Positions 9,564 through 19,565 of a DNA stretch of 64,000 bases are shown one piece after another (the first letter of the stretch is position 1; each line of letters begins with the position of its first letter). The translations under genes and the position numbers were made by a program. This stretch comes from an uncultured Thermoleophilia bacterium (lineage in GTDB: Bacteria; Actinomycetota; Thermoleophilia; UBA2241): contig CAWAUK010000016.1 in the NCBI GenBank assembly GCA_963784975.1, forward strand, positions 76,374 to 140,373, given 5' to 3'. The notes beneath the pieces are model-generated. The model was given only the letters and a program-made list of their open reading frames with translations, ran no database searches and was not told where the DNA came from.

Positions 9564-11198
9564 ATGAACCTCACGCGCACCGCGCAGAGGTACCTGCGCC
9601 TCGACTTCACGCTGGACGACGCCCTGCCAACGCGGATGCCCGTCTACGTGAACTCCGTCGTCTATCTGTTCGGCGCCACAGCTCTGATGGCACTTGCCTT
9701 GATCGTGATCTCCGGGATCGTCCTCTCCCTGGGTGGCCCCAGCTGGTACCACGCGAACGCCGTGGGACGCTTCGCCAACGCGGTGCACTTCTGGAGCGTG
9801 CAGCTCTTCTTCTTCGGCCTCATCCTGCACTTCATCACCAAGTTCTTCCTGGGCGCCTGGCGTGACCGACGCTGGCTGACCTGGGTGGTCGGACTCCTCC
9901 TGCTCGGCGCCGGCGTCTTCACCGGCCTCACCGGCTTCCTGCTGCAGACCAACTGGGACTCACAGTGGATCGCGACGCAGGCCAAGGACGCCATGAACGC
10001 CGCCGGCATCGGCGCGTTCTTCAACACCATGAACACGGGGCAGGTCCTGACGCTGCACGTGGCGGCGCTGCCGCTTGGGATCGCCGTGCTCCTCGGCCTG
10101 CACATCTTCCTGATCCGCCGCGACAGCCCGGTGCGCCCCTATGACGACCGGCCGACGAGCGTAGCGGGCGATGAGGCCGGTACGTCCGCCGCAGTCGCCG
10201 AGGCCGGCGACGCAGTCGGCGGCGACACCCTCTCCGGCTTCGGGCGCCGCGCCCGCGCGAACCTGCGCGGCGTACCCCTCAAGCCCTACGACCTCTTGCG
10301 CGAGGGGCTCATCGTCTTCGGCTTCGCGGCCGCCGTGGTCCTCGCGCTCGCAGTCTTCGCCGGGGCGCCCGACTACCCAACGGTCACCGGCCAGAACGTG
10401 GCCGCCAGGCAGCCGATCGCCTATCTCAAGACCACCGTCGGCATCCTGCTCGGCAACGACCTGTCCGCGCTCGGCGGGTACGGACCGCCCTACCAGAACG
10501 ACGCCTCGGCGGCCCAGCACCTGGGCCCCATCGCGCCGGCCAACTGGTTCGGCGCGACCCGCCCCATCGACCCGGCCCGCGACCTGGTGCTGGCCCCGCT
10601 CGCGCGTGTCGCCCAGATCAATCCGGCCTACGCCCAGCCCCTGGCTGAGTTCAAGGCGGCTGCGCCCGCCCAGCAACAGAGCTGGCTCACAGCCTACGAC
10701 AAGGCTCTCGAGACGGCCAAAGTCAGTGGCGGCGCCGTGCAGTTGCCCGCCGGCGACTACGGCCCCGTCGAGGCCATGATGAACGGCATGCTGAGCCTGG
10801 GGCGCGCAGGCCTGCTCGAAGGCGCGCTCGCCGCCGGAAGCAACGCCTTCGCACCTTACGACTTCGACTACTCGAAGCAGCTCTCGTACTTCGCCGTGGC
10901 CCCCCCGTACTTCGACACCGCCACGCATCTCGTGCAGCAGGGCAACCCCCAGTGGGGCATCGTGCACGAGACCGGCGGCTATCCCGGCGCCTGGTGGCTC
11001 GACGCCTACCAGGTCTGGTACGAGATCCCGGCGATCGCGGACGCCGACAACGCTGACCTCCTGGTAGTGACCATCATGACGGCGTTCTTCGCGCTGTTGC
11101 TGCTCCTGCCCGTGATCCCCGGGCTCAACCGTCTGCCGCACGGCCTCCGGGTCTATCGCGTGATCTGGCGCGATTGGTACCGGGAGCAGGGCCGGTGA
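9564..11198 (+). CDS. cytochrome b N-terminal-domain protein with a long C-terminal extension
   Basis: The first ~200 aa resemble a cytochrome b/b6 four-helix bundle, with paired His (HFWSVQLFFFGLILHF and TLHVAALPLGIAVLLGLHIF). A further TM, ~280 non-membrane residues and a terminal TM follow. Confidence 0.75.
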   Translation: MNLTRTAQRYLRLDFTLDDALPTRMPVYVNSVVYLFGATALMALALIVISGIVLSLGGPSWYHANAVGRFANAVHFWSVQLFFFGLILHFITKFFLGAWRDRRWLTWVVGLLLLGAGVFTGLTGFLLQTNWDSQWIATQAKDAMNAAGIGAFFNTMNTGQVLTLHVAALPLGIAVLLGLHIFLIRRDSPVRPYDDRPTSVAGDEAGTSAAVAEAGDAVGGDTLSGFGRRARANLRGVPLKPYDLLREGLIVFGFAAAVVLALAVFAGAPDYPTVTGQNVAARQPIAYLKTTVGILLGNDLSALGGYGPPYQNDASAAQHLGPIAPANWFGATRPIDPARDLVLAPLARVAQINPAYAQPLAEFKAAAPAQQQSWLTAYDKALETAKVSGGAVQLPAGDYGPVEAMMNGMLSLGRAGLLEGALAAGSNAFAPYDFDYSKQLSYFAVAPPYFDTATHLVQQGNPQWGIVHETGGYPGAWWLDAYQVWYEIPAIADADNADLLVVTIMTAFFALLLLLPVIPGLNRLPHGLRVYRVIWRDWYREQGR

Positions 11199-11294
11199 GT
11201 CACGCCACGGCGCGACTGAGCCGGCCGATACCCGCCCCGGACCGGCGAGCGAACACGGGCAGCTGCCGCCGGCCACGCAAGCGTTTGCATGAGC

Positions 11295-12494
11295 CTATTC
11301 GGTCCGGGTCTCCTCTGCCGAGTACTCCGGCAGGGACACGGTCACGACGAGCCCGCCAGCGGGCGGCGCGGTCGCAGCGACCGTGCCGCCGTGGACGTCT
11401 GCCACGGCGGCGACGATCGCCAGACCCAGTCCGGAGCCGCCGCTACGCCGGCTGCGCGAGGTGCCGCGCCGGTAGAAGCGCTCGAAGAGGCGCGGCACCT
11501 CGTCTGGGCTGATCGGCTCGCCCTCGTTGGCCACCTGCAGCATCACCCAGCCGCTCGGGTCCACGCCGGCCGTCACCCTCACCAGACTCCCCGGCGAGGC
11601 GTAGCGCACGGCGTTGTCGACGAGGTTGTCTACGAGCCGCTCGAGGAGCGCCTCGTCGCCGCGCGCGACTGCCTGACCGGCCTCGACGCTGAAGCTGATA
11701 TCCCGGGCCTCGGCCTGGCGGGCGTGACCGTCCGCGGCGCCTCGCGCGAGCCGGGCCAAGTCCACGGCGACGCGCTCGGAGAGATCATCGCTCTCCGCGA
11801 GGACGAGGAGTCTGTCGATGACGTCCTCGCTGCGCGAGATGGCGTCGCGGATCGTCTCCGCCATGCGGCGCAGGTCGTCGGCGTCCGTCGCCGGGTCGGC
11901 GAGCGTGACGTCGAGCTCGGTGCGCATGATCGCCAGCGGCGTGCGCAGTTCGTGGGAGGCGTTCGAGACGAACTCCTGCTGGGCGTTGAAGGCCGTCTCG
12001 AGACGACCGAGCATGGCGTCGAACGTTTCGGCAAGCTCTCCGAGCTCATCCTGGGGGCCTTCGAGGTTGATGCGTTCGTGCAGCGTACTGGCCGAGAGGC
12101 GGCGGGCCACGGCGGAGATCTCCTTGACCGGCCGCAGCATGCGCCCGGCCATCCACCAGCCGGCGGCGACCGAGACGACGGTGGCGACGGCGAGCGCCCA
12201 GAACGTCACGCCGATCAGCGCGCGAAGCACCTCCGAGATCGTCTGGTCCTGGATCTGCCGCAGGAAGACCCCGACGGACTGGCGGCCTCCGGTCGGCGAT
12301 GTCATGTGCTTGTGCAGATAGGCCTGCGAGAGGTGCAGTTCCTGTGCCGTGTGGTTGGCCAGCTCGCCGGGGTTCTTGATCGCCACCTGGCGCAGCAGGA
12401 TGTAGCTGAGCACGAGGAGGAGGAAGCCGATCACGAAGAAGAGCGCGCCGTAGGACAGCGTGAGGCGCAGACGCAGGCTGGGGCGATGTCTCAT
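11295..12494 (-). CDS. sensor histidine kinase (2 TM, HAMP, HisKA, HATPase)
   Basis: Start taken at the ATG at 12494 (MRHRPSLRLRL..), overlapping the regulator stop (TGATG). H-box NASHELRTPL and G-box GSGLGLAIV. Confidence 0.9.
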   Translation of the reverse strand: MRHRPSLRLRLTLSYGALFFVIGFLLLVLSYILLRQVAIKNPGELANHTAQELHLSQAYLHKHMTSPTGGRQSVGVFLRQIQDQTISEVLRALIGVTFWALAVATVVSVAAGWWMAGRMLRPVKEISAVARRLSASTLHERINLEGPQDELGELAETFDAMLGRLETAFNAQQEFVSNASHELRTPLAIMRTELDVTLADPATDADDLRRMAETIRDAISRSEDVIDRLLVLAESDDLSERVAVDLARLARGAADGHARQAEARDISFSVEAGQAVARGDEALLERLVDNLVDNAVRYASPGSLVRVTAGVDPSGWVMLQVANEGEPISPDEVPRLFERFYRRGTSRSRRSGGSGLGLAIVAAVADVHGGTVAATAPPAGGLVVTVSLPEYSAEETRTE

Positions 12495-13147
12495 CACAGC
12501 CTGTACCCGGCGCCGGTGACGGTCTCGATGGGCTGCGGCTCCCCGAGCTTGCGGCGCAGCGTCATCATGGTGACGCGCACGACGTTGCTGAAGGGGTCGG
12601 TGTTCTCGTCCCACACCTTCTCGAGCAGTTCCTCGGCGGAGACCACGCCGCCGTCGGCGGCCAGCAGGACCTCGAGGACGCCGAACTCCTTGTTGGTGAG
12701 CTCGAGCCGGCGCCCGCCGCGCCGGACCACCCGGGTGGCGGGGTCGAGCTCGACGTCCCGGCGATACAACGTGGGCGGGCGCATTGGGCCGGCACGCCGC
12801 GCGAGGGCGCGGAGGCGGGCCACCAGTTCGTCGAAGTCGAATGGCTTGCCGAGGTAGTCGTCGGCGCCGAGGTCGAGACCGGCGACTCGGTCGCGCAGGC
12901 CGCGCGCGGCGGTGAGCATCAGGATGCGCGCGGTAGAGTCGGAGGCGGCCAGCCGCCGGCAGACCTCGTCGCCGTGCATCCCCGGCAGGTTGCGGTCGAG
13001 GACGACGACGTCGTACTCGTTCAGGACGGCCTTGTCGTAGCCGCTCAGGCCGTCCAGAGCCACGTCGACGGCCATGCCCTTGAGGCGCAGCCCGCGGGCC
13101 ATAGCGCCGGCCAAGGCTTCTTCGTCTTCGATGATGAGTACTCGCAT
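12494..13147 (-). CDS. OmpR/PhoB-family response regulator
   Basis: Receiver MRVLIIEDEE...VVVLDRNLPGMHG...ADDYLGKPF, and a winged-helix output ending TVTGAGYRL. Confidence 0.92.
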   Translation of the reverse strand: MRVLIIEDEEALAGAMARGLRLKGMAVDVALDGLSGYDKAVLNEYDVVVLDRNLPGMHGDEVCRRLAASDSTARILMLTAARGLRDRVAGLDLGADDYLGKPFDFDELVARLRALARRAGPMRPPTLYRRDVELDPATRVVRRGGRRLELTNKEFGVLEVLLAADGGVVSAEELLEKVWDENTDPFSNVVRVTMMTLRRKLGEPQPIETVTGAGYRL

Positions 13148-13314
13148 CGACTACGGATTATCGCAGCTCGCGTGTAGGAGGGGCGTAAGGCGGACTCACT
13201 CGGGGCGTGACGGCTCGCCTTACGTGCGCCTTATGCGCCGCCGGGTACGGTGTGGTCGCGAACCACAACCGCGCCGTCGCGCGAGTTCGAATGACAGAGA
13301 GAGGACGACATCAC

Positions 13315-14307
13315 ATGGACACCCAGACCGCGCCGATCGACGGCCGGCCGACACCACTACCTGCGGCCGAGCCGCCGGTCGTGCTCGCCACGCACGAGCT
13401 CACCAAGAGTTTCGGGAACACGCTCGCGGTTGACCGCCTCAGCCTCTCCGTGCGCCGCGGCGACGTCTTCGGCTTTCTCGGCCCCAACGGCGCCGGCAAG
13501 ACGACCACCATCCGCATGATCTGCGGCCTCATCTACCCGACCAGCGGCTACGCCGAGGTGCTCGACCATCAGGTGCCGCGCGACAAGGAGGAGGCCCTGC
13601 GCCACATCGGCGGCTTCGTCGAGGTGCCGGCCTTCTACGGCAATATGAGCGCGCGCAAGAACCTGCGCCTCATGGGCAGCCTCAACGGCCGGGTCGACGG
13701 GGCGCGCATCAGCGAGGTGCTCGACATCGTGGGCCTGCGCGAGCGCGCGGACTCCAAGGTCGGCGACTACTCGCACGGCATGAAGCAGCGCCTCGGGATC
13801 GCCAACGCGCTCATCAACTCACCCGAGCTCGTGATCCTCGACGAGCCCACCAGCGGCCTCGACCCGCAGGGCATGAAGGACGTGCGCGAGCTGGTGCGCG
13901 AGCTCGGCGCCGGCGGCACCACTGTCTTCCTCTCCTCACACCTCCTGAATGAGGTCGAGCAGGTCTGCAACCGCGCGGCGATCATCAACAGGGGCCGGGT
14001 CGTGGTCGAGGGGCCGGTGAGCGAGCTGCGGCCCGCGCACTCGGCGGTCAAGCTCCTCACCTCCGACCAAGACAAGGCGCACGCGGTCGTCGCGGCGCTT
14101 CTCGGCGCCGACGAGGTCGAGCCCGACGAAGAGTACCTGATCGTCCAGGCGAGCGACGGCTCGGTCCGCGAGGTGGTCCGCGCGCTCGTCGCCGCCGAGA
14201 TCGGCGTCGACGCCGTCATCCCGGCCCGCGAGCAGGGGCTCGAGGACTACTTCCTCGGGCTCACGCAGAGCTCGGACGTCGACGCTCCGAAGGGCGGTGC
14301 ACGATGA
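13315..14307 (+). CDS. ABC transporter ATP-binding protein
   Basis: ATG 13315 after GAGAGAGGA. Walker A GPNGAGKTT, signature-like YSHGMKQRLGIA and Walker B LVILDEPTSGLD. Confidence 0.9.
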   Translation: MDTQTAPIDGRPTPLPAAEPPVVLATHELTKSFGNTLAVDRLSLSVRRGDVFGFLGPNGAGKTTTIRMICGLIYPTSGYAEVLDHQVPRDKEEALRHIGGFVEVPAFYGNMSARKNLRLMGSLNGRVDGARISEVLDIVGLRERADSKVGDYSHGMKQRLGIANALINSPELVILDEPTSGLDPQGMKDVRELVRELGAGGTTVFLSSHLLNEVEQVCNRAAIINRGRVVVEGPVSELRPAHSAVKLLTSDQDKAHAVVAALLGADEVEPDEEYLIVQASDGSVREVVRALVAAEIGVDAVIPAREQGLEDYFLGLTQSSDVDAPKGGAR

Positions 14308-15116
14308 AGCTCCTCAGCCGCGAGCTGACCAAGCTCTTCGCCCAGAGGCGCAGCTACGTCGGCTGGGCGGGCCTGCTGCTCGTGCCCATGCTCATGACTC
14401 TGGCGCTCTACCTCAACCGCAACAACACCCATCACGACAACGGCCCGGGGGGCGTCATCACACTCGCCATGCACAACGGCCTGCTCATCCCCATCGCCGC
14501 CATCACGCTGCTCTCGGCCTTCCTGCTGCCGCTGCTGGCCTCGATGGTCGGCAGCTACCAGCTGGCCGGCGAGGCTGAAACGGGAACGATCAAGACCTGG
14601 CTCATGCACTCCATCAGCCGCGGCGGCGTGCTCGCCTCCAAGTGGGGGGTGGCTGTGATCTACGTCGCGATCGGCCTCGCGCTCGTGGCGGTCGGAGGAC
14701 TTGTCGCCGGCGCGCTGGCCTTCGGCCTGCACGCGCCGGTCCTGCTCTCCGGCCAGACGGTCGGCATCGGCCAGGGTCTCTGGCTCAGCCTGCTCAGTTA
14801 CCTCTACGTCTTCGTCGGCGTGATCTGCGTGCTCTCGCTGGCGCTGCTCTTCGCCACCTTCACCAACTCGAGCCTCACCGCGGCGATCGAGGCGCTGGTC
14901 GTGGTGATCGTCATGAACATCCTCGGCGCCTTCAGCTACTTCGACTTTCTCAAGCCCTACCTGTTCACGAGCCACCTCGACGCCTGGCAGAACCTGCTCA
15001 GCCAGCCCACCGACTGGCACCCGATCATCACCGGCCTCACCACGTTCGCGATCTACATCGTCGCCCTCATGGCGGCGGCCTGGTACCAGTTCCGCCGCAA
15101 GGACATCCTGGTCTGA
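14304..15116 (+). CDS. ABC-2-type transporter permease
   Basis: ATGA overlap with the ATPase gene. Six hydrophobic segments. Confidence 0.8.
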   Translation: MKLLSRELTKLFAQRRSYVGWAGLLLVPMLMTLALYLNRNNTHHDNGPGGVITLAMHNGLLIPIAAITLLSAFLLPLLASMVGSYQLAGEAETGTIKTWLMHSISRGGVLASKWGVAVIYVAIGLALVAVGGLVAGALAFGLHAPVLLSGQTVGIGQGLWLSLLSYLYVFVGVICVLSLALLFATFTNSSLTAAIEALVVVIVMNILGAFSYFDFLKPYLFTSHLDAWQNLLSQPTDWHPIITGLTTFAIYIVALMAAAWYQFRRKDILV

Positions 15117-15129
15117 CCAAGGAGGACGC

Positions 15130-16380
15130 ATGTCCCGCAAGTACCTCATCTCCTTCGTGCTCGCCGCCGCGGTGGCCGCCGCCGCGATCGGCGTAGCGGC
15201 GAGCCGGGCTCAGGGCAGCACGCCACTGCCGTCCATCAGCCCCGCTGCCCTGCTCGCCAAGGTCGCGGACGCGGCCAAGTCACCGACTCCCGTGAGCGGC
15301 GACGTCAGCTGGACCAACGGGCTGATCCCGGGATCCGACCTGACGAACCTGCTCAGCGGCCAAGGCTCCGCTCCGAGCAGCCTGGCCGGACTCGTCATGG
15401 GCGGCTCCGGACGGCTCTGGGTCCAGCCGGGCGCCGGCGCTCGCCTGGAGGTCCAGGGCAGCGGCTCCGACTTCGTCGTCGTGGGCAGCAAGGGCGGCGT
15501 TTGGACGTACAGTTCGACGACCGGCACGGCAGTGGAGTACTCGCATGCGGGAGGCGCGGCGGCACCGTCGGTTTCGCCGAGTCCGTCGGCTGCCGCGGTC
15601 GATCCGCTCGCCGCGATCACCAAGGCACTTCGGCAGTTCGCCTCGACCGGCACGGTGGCCGTGACCGGCCAGCAGACCGTGGCCGGCCGCCAGAGCTACA
15701 CGCTGACGGTCACGCCCGCCGCCGGGACCACCACCACGTTCGGGTCCCTGCGTATCGCCATTGACGGCGCCACCTACGTGCCGCTGCAGCTGCAGGTCTA
15801 CGCCAGGGGAGACACCACCCCGGCACTGTCGGCCGGATTCACGAGCGTCTCGTATTCCGGCAATAACGCGAGCCTCTTCAGCTTCACGCCCCCCGCCGGG
15901 GCGACCGTGCAGCACCGGGCCTTGCCCGCCATGCCGAGCGCCACAAGCGGCACGACGGCACCGGCGCCGGTCACGCACGCGCGGCTTACTCTGGCCCAGG
16001 CCCAGGCGAAAGCCAGGTCCTACGGCCTGACCTTGGCCCTACCGGCCAAGACGGCGGCCTTGCCGTTCGAAGGCGCGACCGTCACCGCCGCACGCGGCGG
16101 TCCCGGAGCCTCGGCGATCCTCCACTACGGACGCGACTTCGGCTCCGTGGTCCTCGTTGAATCCACCGGTGCGACCGGTCCGTCAGGTGGCCTTGCGCAG
16201 CAGCTGGCCAAGCTGCCGAGGGGCCTCCTCACGACGACCACGATCGGCGGCGCCCAGGCGCACGAGCTATCGACGTCGCTGGTCGACGTCATCGTCTGGC
16301 AGCACGGTCCCGTGACGCTGCTCGCCGGCGGCATGGTGCCGTCCTCCACGCTGCAGCAGTTCGCGGCCGGAATCCGGTGA
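15130..16380 (+). CDS. secreted/anchored protein, LolA/RseB-like with DUF4367-like C-terminus (family tentative)
   Basis: N-terminal signal/anchor FVLAAAVAAAAIGVAA. GSGRLWVQPGAGARLEVQGSGSDFVVV resembles lipoprotein-carrier-fold proteins often found after ABC-2 exporters. Confidence 0.55.
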   Translation: MSRKYLISFVLAAAVAAAAIGVAASRAQGSTPLPSISPAALLAKVADAAKSPTPVSGDVSWTNGLIPGSDLTNLLSGQGSAPSSLAGLVMGGSGRLWVQPGAGARLEVQGSGSDFVVVGSKGGVWTYSSTTGTAVEYSHAGGAAAPSVSPSPSAAAVDPLAAITKALRQFASTGTVAVTGQQTVAGRQSYTLTVTPAAGTTTTFGSLRIAIDGATYVPLQLQVYARGDTTPALSAGFTSVSYSGNNASLFSFTPPAGATVQHRALPAMPSATSGTTAPAPVTHARLTLAQAQAKARSYGLTLALPAKTAALPFEGATVTAARGGPGASAILHYGRDFGSVVLVESTGATGPSGGLAQQLAKLPRGLLTTTTIGGAQAHELSTSLVDVIVWQHGPVTLLAGGMVPSSTLQQFAAGIR

Positions 16381-16659
16381 ATCGAATCCGGTGAAGGGAA
16401 GGACACACGGGACGGCCGACGGCGCTCACGCATCGTCGGCCGTCCCGGTACCGTCCCGCTTCCACCGCGCCCGGCTGCAAGCTCCGGGCGACGGCCCGCC
16501 GCAGGAGGTGACGCCGATGAGCCGGGTGAGTGAGAGCAGTCGCTACCGGTTGGCGACCCTGCCAGCCACCGGGCGCGCGAAAGCCCGTGACTGGAGTTCC
16601 GAGGCTGATTGCTGCGCCCAACACTTGCGTAGGCGCGGGTTTCTCCCTAGCGTCGGTTC

Positions 16660-17574
16660 ATGAGCGACCCGACGATCGTTGTGGCAGGAGCTACCGGCGA
16701 CCTCGGCGGACGCATCGTGAGAGCGTTGCGCGAGCAGGGCGCCGATGTGAGGGCGCTTGTCCGCCCAAGTACGGCGCCGCACAGGATCGAGCGCCTGCAG
16801 GCGCTCGACGTGGCGATCGAGAACGTCGACTTGAGCCGACCCTCCGAGGTGGTGCCGGCGTGCTCGGGAGCGTCCTGCGTGGTCTCAGCGCTGCAGGGAC
16901 TGCGGGACGTGATCGTCGGGGTGCAGACGCTGCTCCTCGATGCGGCGCTCTTGGCCGGCGTGCCGCGCTTCATCCCCTCCGACTACTCGATCGACTTCAC
17001 CAAGTTCCCGGCCGGAGCGAACCGCAATCTCGATCTGCGCCGCGAGTTCCACCAGCGCCTGGATGGGGCCCCGATCTCGGCGACCACGATCTTCAACGGC
17101 GCGTTTGCCGACATGCTGACCGGTCAGATGCCGCTCATCCTCTTCAAGCTGAAGCGCGTCCTCTACTGGGGGGACGCGGATCAGCGCATGGACTTCACGA
17201 CGATGGATGACACGGCTGCGTTCACGGCGCGTGCGGCGCTCGATACGTCCACGCCCCGCTTCCTGCGCATCGCCGGCAACGAGCTCAGCGCCCGCGAGCT
17301 GGCGGCGATCGCCAGCGAGGTGACCGGAGATCAGTTCCGCCTGTTCCGAGCCGGGGGCCTGGGAACGTACTGTACGCTCATCAAGGTGGCCCACACGGCC
17401 GCCCCCGGAGAGACGAAGCTCTACCCGGCCTGGCAGGGCATGCAGTACACCTGCGACATGCTCGAAGGCCGGGCGAAGCTGGAGCCGCTCGACAACGATC
17501 GCTATCCCGACATGCAGTGGACGAGCGTGCGGGACGTGCTTTCGGCCCGTCAAGCCAGCCTCTCAGCGCACTAG
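16660..17574 (+). CDS. NmrA-family NAD(P)-binding protein (isoflavone-reductase-like)
   Basis: IVVAGATGDLGGRIVRALREQGADVRALVRP and an FIPSDY motif. Confidence 0.85.
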   Translation: MSDPTIVVAGATGDLGGRIVRALREQGADVRALVRPSTAPHRIERLQALDVAIENVDLSRPSEVVPACSGASCVVSALQGLRDVIVGVQTLLLDAALLAGVPRFIPSDYSIDFTKFPAGANRNLDLRREFHQRLDGAPISATTIFNGAFADMLTGQMPLILFKLKRVLYWGDADQRMDFTTMDDTAAFTARAALDTSTPRFLRIAGNELSARELAAIASEVTGDQFRLFRAGGLGTYCTLIKVAHTAAPGETKLYPAWQGMQYTCDMLEGRAKLEPLDNDRYPDMQWTSVRDVLSARQASLSAH

Positions 17575-17778
17575 GAGGCATGGGGCAGGCGGTCTGCCGC
17601 TCCTGGCCGTCCTGGCTCCTCCGTGTTCACTCGCACACCCGTCTACCCGAGGGTCGCTCCGACGTCGGCCAAGCGTGCTCACGAAAGTGCCGATTTGCAG
17701 GTATTTCATGTTCCTGCGGCCCGGCAGGAGGCCGCGGCCAGCAAGGGCACGACTCGGGTCGCGCACCGCGCCCCTCGC

Positions 17779-17824
17779 TTGACTTTGAGCCGCAAAGGGA
17801 AGTACCTTTGTAGCGCAAAGTCAA
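17779..17824. promoter_or_regulatory. 46-bp near-palindrome upstream of the membrane-protein/wHTH operon
   Basis: TTGACTTTG(17779-17787)...CAAAGTCAA(17816-17824) and nested CAAAGG(17793-17798)/CCTTTG(17805-17810) share one centre at about 17801.5, 17 nt before the ATG at 17841. Confidence 0.45.
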
Positions 17825-17840
17825 CCGGACGGAGCAAGAG

Positions 17841-18506
17841 ATGAATGAGCCACAGAAGAGAGACGACACAGCCGCAGACGACGAGGAAGAACTCAGTCCC
17901 CAGCAGGCGGCGCAGCTGATCGAGCAGACCAGCCGGGAGGCCAAGCGCCAGTTCGGGTACTGGCAGTCGCCGTGGTACACGCTGGCAGCAGCGATCATCT
18001 GGCTGGCCATCTACGGCACGCTCTGGCTCTCGGTACGCGGGCAACACCCCTACAAGGGGCCGACAGGCTGGGCCCTGCTGACCATCTTCTCACTGATCGC
18101 CGTCGCGGCGATCGCGGGCAGCATAGTCACCAGGCCAAGGCGCGCGCGGCAGGGCGTCAGCGGGCGCTCACGGCGGTTGGAGGCCTATCTCGGAGCCGCC
18201 ATGGGGTCGGCCTACGTCGGCGCCGTCGTGTTCCAGGGCGCGCTACGCTACCTCGGGGTGAGCTGGGCGATCGTCTACGGCGTGTATCCGGCGGTCGTGT
18301 CGCCTATCGTCCTCGTGGCGGCCGGGGGCGTCTTCGCCGCCGTGCGTGAGGACGTGCAGACTCTCTGCGTCGCGATCGCCGTGATCGCCGTCCTGGCCGG
18401 GAGCGCCTTCGCGGGACCGATCGGGGTCTGGCTGTACGCAGGCGTGGGCGGCTGCGTCGTCGTGCTTGCGCTGGCCGCGATCCAGTTCCGGCAGCGTCGG
18501 CAGTGA
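17841..18506 (+). CDS. integral membrane protein (unknown function)
   Basis: Acidic N-terminus followed by 5-6 TM segments. GTGA overlap with the downstream regulator gene. Confidence 0.65.
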   Translation: MNEPQKRDDTAADDEEELSPQQAAQLIEQTSREAKRQFGYWQSPWYTLAAAIIWLAIYGTLWLSVRGQHPYKGPTGWALLTIFSLIAVAAIAGSIVTRPRRARQGVSGRSRRLEAYLGAAMGSAYVGAVVFQGALRYLGVSWAIVYGVYPAVVSPIVLVAAGGVFAAVREDVQTLCVAIAVIAVLAGSAFAGPIGVWLYAGVGGCVVVLALAAIQFRQRRQ

Positions 18507-18802
18507 CGACCGACGCGCTGGACCCGGTGATCCACGCCCCGGCGCGGCTGCGCATCGTCGTCACGCTGGCCAACCTGCCGGACGGCGACGAGCTCTCCTT
18601 TCCGCGTCTGCAGGAGATGCTCGCTCTGACGCCCGGCAACCTGATCACGCACCTGCGCAAGCTGGAGGAGGCCGGCTACGTCGCCACCGAGAAGACCGGC
18701 CACGGGATCTGGTCGCGCACCACCGTGACGCTGACCAACCGGGGTCGGGCGGCGCTCGACGCCTACACGGCCGCGCTGCGCGACCTCCTTGGTGGGCTCT
18801 AG
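18503..18802 (+). CDS. small winged-helix transcriptional regulator
   Basis: 99 aa: HAPARLRIVVTLANL...LSFPRLQEMLALTPGNLITHLRKLEEAGYV...LTNRGRAALDAY. Confidence 0.8.
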   Translation: MTTDALDPVIHAPARLRIVVTLANLPDGDELSFPRLQEMLALTPGNLITHLRKLEEAGYVATEKTGHGIWSRTTVTLTNRGRAALDAYTAALRDLLGGL

Positions 18803-19052
18803 CCCGCCTGCGCGAAGACGGCCTGCCCCTGGCCGACCCACCGCCCATCGCGAAGCTGCCGCACCGCCAAGCCCTGGCTGTACTTCAAGCTCGCCTCCGG
18901 CGAGGTCCCGGCGCACGCCCCGGATTCACTCGACAAGCCGTGCGCTACGTTCCTTGCCGTAGAGGAGGGGCGCTGCATATCCTCGTGCCGCTTGGATCCA
19001 TCCGGAGTGATCGCCGCGGCGCGGTGGAGCTCTCTTCGAGACGAGGTGTGCC

Positions 19053-19565
19053 GTGAGCGAGACGCCATATGCCGACCGCCGAGCCAGGCGGACGGGAACT
19101 GCCACCGACCGCACCCGGCGACCGGCCCTCCTGTGGGTCCTCATCGGACTCCTCGTGCTGCAGGGCGTTGGCGGCATCGGCGGCGGCGCGGCTCTCGCCG
19201 CCAAGCCGGACGGCAGCATCCTCAAGATGCCGCTGTCGTACCTGGACGGTTCACCGTTCGCGGACTACCGCATCCCCGGGCTGATCCTGTTCTGCGTGCT
19301 CGGCATCTTCCCGCTGGTCGTGGCGTTCGGGCTTCTGAGGCGCCACCGCTGGGCGTGGTTCGGCGCCTTCGCCGTGGGCTGCGGCCTGATGATCTTCGAG
19401 CTGGTCGAGATCAGCGTGATCGGCTACAACGTGCAGCAGCCCATCTGGGGCACGATCGGGCTGCTCATCGCCCTCGTGAGCATCGCGCCGGCGGTGCAGC
19501 GCGCCTGCGGCCTGCGCTGGGGGCGGCGGATCCCGGATGCCGAGCGGCAGACAGCCAGGGGCTGA
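19053..19565 (+). CDS. integral membrane protein (unknown function)
   Basis: 170 aa with four hydrophobic segments. GTG start. Confidence 0.6.
   Translation: MSETPYADRRARRTGTATDRTRRPALLWVLIGLLVLQGVGGIGGGAALAAKPDGSILKMPLSYLDGSPFADYRIPGLILFCVLGIFPLVVAFGLLRRHRWAWFGAFAVGCGLMIFELVEISVIGYNVQQPIWGTIGLLIALVSIAPAVQRACGLRWGRRIPDAERQTARG

Noticed and set aside
16370-16400. Short direct repeat gaatccggtga twice at the end of the LolA-like gene
   Set aside because: It is an 11-nt repeat with no further copies or symmetry, so likely chance.
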